A stretch of 64,000 nucleotides of DNA, from the NCBI GenBank assembly GCA_038222255.1, contig JBBRHU010000001.1, positions 8,031 to 72,030 on the forward strand, written 5' to 3'. The notes below the pieces were generated by a model that saw nothing but the letters and a program-made list of their open reading frames with translations, did not search any database and was not told the DNA's origin. Below, piece after piece: positions 59,238-64,000 of the stretch. Origin of the DNA: Fimbriimonadales bacterium (lineage in GTDB: Bacteria; Armatimonadota; Fimbriimonadia; Fimbriimonadales; Fimbriimonadaceae). The position numbers were made by a program, and so were the translations under genes. Numbering within the stretch: the stretch's first letter is position 1; every line of letters starts with the position of its first letter.

Positions 59238-60368
59238 ATGAGCACAAAAATATACACTTCAGAAAGTGTTAGCGAAGGGCACCCAGACAAGCTCGCCGAT
59301 CAGATTTCGGACGCGCTGTTAGATGATTGTTTGCGTCAAGATCCTATGGCGCGAGTTGCAATCGAGACCTTCCTAACTCGAGGTATCGCTGTCGTTGCTG
59401 GTGAAGTCACCGTCAACGGTTATGTGGATGTCACGCGGATTGTTCGCGAAACCGTTAACGCCGTTGGGTATACGGATACCGAACTTGGATTCGACGGACA
59501 TACCTGCGGAGTGATGGTTGCCATCCAAGAGCAGTCTCCGGATATCGCCATGGGTGTTGACACCGGTGGCGCTGGCGACCAAGGCATGATGTTCGGCTTG
59601 GCCACAAACGAAACCGCCGAATTGATGCCACTTCCCATCGCGATCGCTCACGCAATCACCCGCGTAGCAGCTGATGTGCGACATAAGCACCCGTCGCTCG
59701 GTCTTCGCCCAGATGCGAAGAGCCAGGTTTCGGTTGTTTACGAAAACGGCGTGCCTAAGAAGATCGATACCATCGTTCTCTCGCACCAGCATGGTCCGCA
59801 ACTCACCCAGGAAGCTGTTTCCCAGATCGTCCACGATCGAATTTTGACCCCCGTGCTCGCAGAATATGCGAAGTACGTTGATGGGCCGATCACCTACCAC
59901 ATCAACCCAACGGGCAACTTCGTGGTTGGCGGACCTCAGGGCGACACCGGCTTGACCGGTCGAAAGATCATTGTCGACACCTACGGTGGCCTCTGCCCCC
60001 ACGGCGGCGGTGCATTCAGCGGAAAGGACCCGACGAAGGTTGACCGAAGCGCAGCCTACATGGCTCGCCACGTTGCAAAGTGCATCGTAGCTGCTGGATT
60101 GGCTGATCGAGCGCAGATTGCGCTTGCCTACGCCATCGGCGTTGCCCAGCCGGTTTCGATCAACATCGATACCTTTGGGACTGAGAAGATCGATCCGATG
60201 GAGATCGAAAAGCGAGTCCTTGCAAGCTTCGACCTTTCGCCGGCTGGCATCATCAGCCACCTTAACCTTCGACGGCCGATCTACCTCAGCACGGCTAAGA
60301 ACGGTCACTTCGGCAATGCGTCTTTCCCGTGGGAAAGCACCGCAGCTGCAGAGAGACTCCAGGGCTGA
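59238..60368 (+). CDS. metK: S-adenosylmethionine synthetase
   Basis: TSESVSEGHPDK; GAGDQG; GGPQGDTGLTGRKIIVDTYGG; GGAFSGKD. Confidence 0.98.
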   Translation: MSTKIYTSESVSEGHPDKLADQISDALLDDCLRQDPMARVAIETFLTRGIAVVAGEVTVNGYVDVTRIVRETVNAVGYTDTELGFDGHTCGVMVAIQEQSPDIAMGVDTGGAGDQGMMFGLATNETAELMPLPIAIAHAITRVAADVRHKHPSLGLRPDAKSQVSVVYENGVPKKIDTIVLSHQHGPQLTQEAVSQIVHDRILTPVLAEYAKYVDGPITYHINPTGNFVVGGPQGDTGLTGRKIIVDTYGGLCPHGGGAFSGKDPTKVDRSAAYMARHVAKCIVAAGLADRAQIALAYAIGVAQPVSINIDTFGTEKIDPMEIEKRVLASFDLSPAGIISHLNLRRPIYLSTAKNGHFGNASFPWESTAAAERLQG

Positions 60369-60421
60369 TCTTTGCTCTAATATCGAGGGCCTCGTTTCGA
60401 GGCCCTCAGTGCCATTGAATC

Positions 60422-62092
60422 ATGAGTAATGATCGAGAATGTATCTATGACCCGCTGCATGTCCTCATGGCGCGGTTTGAGAACACCAAAGCAATCGACA
60501 CTTCAGTCGACCCGTTCGAGGGTCTTTCGGTTGAAGAAGTTCTCAAAAAGCATATTGTCGACGGCATCAAGAAAAACCTTGAGCGCCATATCGACGATGC
60601 GCTGAAATCTTACGAACCTCTAGCCATCATCAACGACATCCTTCTCGATGGGATGAAGACGGTTGGTGAACTCTTTGGCTCAGGCAAGATGCAGCTTCCT
60701 TTCGTGCTTCAAAGCGCGGAAGTAATGAAAGCTTCTGTTAAGGTGCTTGAACCTAAGATGGAGAAGACAGAGGGCAACGAGAAGGGATCCATTCTCCTTG
60801 CGACAGTTGCTGGAGACGTGCATGACATTGGCAAGAACCTTGTCGATATCATCTTGAGCAACAACGGCTACCGAGTCGTAAATATCGGTATCAAGCAGCC
60901 CGTCAACACGATTCTCGAGAAGTGCCGCGAGCACCAGTGCGACGTGATCGGCATGAGTGGTTTGCTCGTGAAGAGCACCGTCATCATGCGAGAGAACCTG
61001 CTGGAGATGAACTCGCGGTCTCTCAGCGATATCCCCGTTATTCTTGGTGGAGCGGCTCTCACCCGATCGTACGTTGAGGAAGATCTTCGAGCCGTTTACG
61101 ATGGCTCAGTCTTCTACGCACAAGACGCTTTTGAAGGGCTCCGCTTGATGGCCGAGATTCGCGAGGCTAAAGATTCAGGCCGACCTCTCATCGCAGAAGC
61201 CTCTGAAGCGCAGCGAACCAAGTCACACCGGCTGCCAGACTCAAACCCGGCCCTCTACGTTTTTGATGGAACCAAGAGCGATGTTAGAACCGACATCGAG
61301 CCGCCGAAGCTGCCCTTCTACGGAGCCAAGAAGCAGACCAAATTCGACATCTTTGAGCTGTACAAGTACATCAACAAGATTTCGCTCTTCCGTGGCCAGT
61401 GGCAATTCAAGCGCCAAGAAGGGATGGACAATCTAGCCTTCAACGCATGGCTTGACGAGAACGTCGAACCCATCTTTACGCGATTTAAGCGCGACCTCGC
61501 GACCTACATGCAGCCCAAGGTCAAATGGGGTTACTTCTGGTGCCAGTCCGAAGGCAACGACCTCATCATCTACCAAGAAGATGCCAAAACCGAGCGATGC
61601 CGTTTCCGGTTCCCCCGGCAATCTGACATGCGACGTTCCTGCCTCAGCGACTTCTTTAAGTCGACTGATTCAGGCGTGATGGACGTTGTCGGATTCCACA
61701 TCGTAACGGTAGGCGAAGAGATCTCCAAGTACGAACGATCACTGTTCCAAGCTGGCAATTTCCAAGACTATCTCTTCACCCACGGAATGGGCGTTGAGAC
61801 CGCAGAAGCACTCGCTGAATACTGGCACCGCCAGATTAGATTCGAACTCGGCATTGCCGATCAAGAGCCTGACGAGATGCGGTTCTTGTTCAGCGCGAAG
61901 TATCACGGCTCCCGCTACTCCTTCGGCTATCCGGCTTGTCCGAACCTAGAGGATCAGGCGATGCTCATGGAATTGCTAAGCCCACAAGACATTGGGATTG
62001 AGCTCAGCGAAGAGTTTATGCTTGTCCCAGAGCAGTCGACCACCGCGATCGTCGTTCATCACCCCGAGGCCAAGTACTTCAACATTCGCTAG
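60422..62092 (+). CDS. metH: B12-dependent methionine synthase, C-terminal half (cap, cobalamin-binding and reactivation domains)
   Basis: MQLPFVLQSAE; GDVHDIGKNLV (DxHxxG); SGLL; GGAA; RYSFGYPACP; PEQST; HHPEAKYF. Confidence 0.93.
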   Translation: MSNDRECIYDPLHVLMARFENTKAIDTSVDPFEGLSVEEVLKKHIVDGIKKNLERHIDDALKSYEPLAIINDILLDGMKTVGELFGSGKMQLPFVLQSAEVMKASVKVLEPKMEKTEGNEKGSILLATVAGDVHDIGKNLVDIILSNNGYRVVNIGIKQPVNTILEKCREHQCDVIGMSGLLVKSTVIMRENLLEMNSRSLSDIPVILGGAALTRSYVEEDLRAVYDGSVFYAQDAFEGLRLMAEIREAKDSGRPLIAEASEAQRTKSHRLPDSNPALYVFDGTKSDVRTDIEPPKLPFYGAKKQTKFDIFELYKYINKISLFRGQWQFKRQEGMDNLAFNAWLDENVEPIFTRFKRDLATYMQPKVKWGYFWCQSEGNDLIIYQEDAKTERCRFRFPRQSDMRRSCLSDFFKSTDSGVMDVVGFHIVTVGEEISKYERSLFQAGNFQDYLFTHGMGVETAEALAEYWHRQIRFELGIADQEPDEMRFLFSAKYHGSRYSFGYPACPNLEDQAMLMELLSPQDIGIELSEEFMLVPEQSTTAIVVHHPEAKYFNIR

Positions 62093-62916
62093 GCTTCTTT
62101 TAGCCTAGCGAAGAATCCGTACATCGATGCCCACTCGGTCTGTACGTATCGGACGTGGCGATCTTCGTTAAACGTCAAACGAAGATCGTAGTTCTCCTTC
62201 AGAACTTCTTCAACTTGACTCTTCCGGCAGAACGTGACGGGATACTTAATGATCTGGTCGGGCAGGCCCGTTTCAACCTTGCTCGGGCCATTCGCGCTCA
62301 GCTTTGACTCGTGAATCATAATCGTCTCTTCACGATCAATCACGAGGTCAAACCGAGTGAGAAACACGTTTCGAGCCTGGATGTTGCAGAGTCGTCGTAT
62401 CGTCTCTAGTGGGTTGGGAATGTAGGGCAACGCGGCGCTAGTGCATACGAGTCCGACGCCGCCGGTTGAAGCAAATCGTTCGGCCGCGCTCTCGATGCTG
62501 GTGTGAAAGTGGAGGTCTTCGTCGGCGAGCATGTCGGCAGAAAATGCCATCGCTTCAGTCTCAACGACGCTCCAATTCAGCTTGACGCTGTCTCGGAATA
62601 GCTGTTTGGCGAAGAAATAGTGAGTTCCCGCGCCACCACCGAAGTCAAGGACATTGAGCTCACCGTTCTTTGCAGCGAGTCCAATCGCGATTGCAATCCG
62701 AGATCCATTCATGTCCGACTCAAGCGTCTCGAGCGTATTTAAATTATCTCGATAATGACGGGTCTTCTCAACGACAGACCTGGCCAGTAGATCTGTAGAG
62801 TAGCCCTCACCACACTGCCTTATGGCCTCTTCGTAGGTCTGGAAGACTTTGCCGTCTGCGGCGAGTCGACGCTTAATATCCAGAAGCGCAGGTGGAACGA
62901 GATCATGGATTTTCAT
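62089..62916 (-). CDS. Putative SAM-dependent methyltransferase (TIGR04325-like)
   Basis: VLDFGGGAG; WSVVET; LPY. Start taken as MKIHDLVPP. Confidence 0.75.
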   Translation of the reverse strand: MKIHDLVPPALLDIKRRLAADGKVFQTYEEAIRQCGEGYSTDLLARSVVEKTRHYRDNLNTLETLESDMNGSRIAIAIGLAAKNGELNVLDFGGGAGTHYFFAKQLFRDSVKLNWSVVETEAMAFSADMLADEDLHFHTSIESAAERFASTGGVGLVCTSAALPYIPNPLETIRRLCNIQARNVFLTRFDLVIDREETIMIHESKLSANGPSKVETGLPDQIIKYPVTFCRKSQVEEVLKENYDLRLTFNEDRHVRYVQTEWASMYGFFARLKEA

Positions 62917-63067
62917 GGAATTTGGTGGAGGGGAGTCGTAACAAAGATCGGCCAAAGGCATAGCCCGCGCTCCCAGATTTTACAGCATTCAAGAAACGCC
63001 TAAGGGCTCATGCCATTTGGACGGCTGGCGCCTGACGTCCAATCGGAATCTCGGTATCCTCCTTTCT

Positions 63068-64000
63068 GTGAGTGGAAAGCCCAGAATTGCGTGCATTATC
63101 GGGACTCGACCGGACGCGATTAAGACGGCACCTGTCATTCAGCAGCTCCATAGGCTGAGCGATTTAGTCGTCCCCATAACCTTGAGCACGGGCCAGCATC
63201 GTGAGATGCTAGACCAGGTGCTTGAGACCTTTCAGATCCAACCAGAAGAAGATCTTGGATTGATGCGTCATGGCCAGGGGCTTGCTGAGATGAGCGGGCG
63301 GGCGCTGATTGGTTTGACCGAAGCTTTTGAACGGCACAAACCCGACTACGTGATGGCTCAAGGCGACACGACCACGACCTTCATTGCGAGCTTGGCGGCC
63401 TTCTACGCACGCATTCCGTTTGGGCATATCGAAGCAGGGCTTCGAACGCACAACATCGACAACCCTTTTCCAGAGGAGTTCAACCGTCAAGCGAGTGCTC
63501 TGATCACGAAGCAGCACTTCGCCCCGACCTCCCTTTCTGCCGAGAATCTCTACCGCGAAGGGCACACCGAGAATGTCTTCGTCACGGGCAACACAGGAAT
63601 TGACGCCGTATTGCAGGTGGCCGAAAAGATGGAGCAAAGTTGGTTCCCCGAGCACTCTGGACGTGTCGTCTTGCTCACGACTCACCGCCGCGAGAATTGG
63701 GGAGATCCCCAGCGTGACATTGCGAACGCTTGCCGGGAGATCGTCGATCGATATCCAGACGTCTTGCTCGTTGTTGCGATGCACCGCAATCCAGTAGTCA
63801 GGCAAATCCTTCAAGAGGTCCTCGCCGATCATCCACAGGTGAGACTTATCGAGCCTCCAGATTACGCTCAGTTTGTGAAGCTGATGCAGCGCGCCACGCT
63901 TCTCCTGAGTGATTCTGGTGGCGTGCAAGAGGAGGCCCCAGCCTTTGGTGTTCCTGTCCTGGTGCTTCGGGAGACAACAGAACGCCCTGAAGGCGTAGCC
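63068..64000 (+). CDS. wecB: UDP-GlcNAc 2-epimerase (non-hydrolysing), runs off the right edge
   Basis: Not in the ORF track. Manual translation gives MSGKPRIACIIGTRPDAIKTAP...TGQHREML...QGDTTT...HIEAGLRT...PFPEE...HRREN...DSGGVQEE. Confidence 0.93.
   Translation, partial: MSGKPRIACIIGTRPDAIKTAPVIQQLHRLSDLVVPITLSTGQHREMLDQVLETFQIQPEEDLGLMRHGQGLAEMSGRALIGLTEAFERHKPDYVMAQGDTTTTFIASLAAFYARIPFGHIEAGLRTHNIDNPFPEEFNRQASALITKQHFAPTSLSAENLYREGHTENVFVTGNTGIDAVLQVAEKMEQSWFPEHSGRVVLLTTHRRENWGDPQRDIANACREIVDRYPDVLLVVAMHRNPVVRQILQEVLADHPQVRLIEPPDYAQFVKLMQRATLLLSDSGGVQEEAPAFGVPVLVLRETTERPEGVA

Noticed and set aside
59373-60308. 311-aa antisense ORF over metK (also 63209..63928 over wecB and 53146..53775)
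   Set aside because: Shadow ORFs opposite well-conserved genes, with no recognisable motifs.
57237-60422. metH as a pseudogene disrupted by an insertion
   Set aside because: Both halves are full open frames with intact catalytic motifs, break at a domain linker, and have their own start or terminator signals; the intervening genes are not mobile.

Overview
Bacterial window of moderate GC. Gene style suggests an Armatimonadota/Fimbriimonas-like organism, which is a weak inference. Most of the window is a large, dispersed surface-polysaccharide locus: capD/pglF, pglC, wzy, wzz-like, wzx, an SLBB export protein, rmlABC, manBC, gmd/fcl, uxs, a WbpA/B/E/D-like set, four DegT aminotransferases, two OafA acyltransferases, three methyltransferases and wecB. 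Methyl-cycle genes are interleaved with it (metF, a two-piece metH, metK, adenosine kinase). The main discovery is an apparently complete replication/partition module at 45.9-49.6 kb. It has a CopG-like regulator, a 629-aa initiator with two tandem lambda-O-like domains, seven 19-bp iterons plus an A-rich tract inside the initiator gene, ParA and ParB. Three copies of a non-canonical 16-bp palindrome (GTTCGGACRTCCGAAC, candidate parS) are spread over 12 kb. Gene orientation flips at this point, as expected for the origin of a secondary replicon (chromid/megaplasmid). A decayed mobile island at 33.1-38.7 kb carries a tyrosine recombinase with a perfect 14-6-14 loxP/dif-like site, two 156-bp hairpin-rich direct repeats, transposon-end-like ~50-bp repeats that cut the adjacent genes, and GH26, GNAT and GCS2 cargo. 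There is also a HigBA-type toxin-antitoxin pair and an ECF sigma/anti-sigma/DM13 module. No rRNA, tRNA or CRISPR array was seen. All product calls come from motif recognition; no database searches were run.
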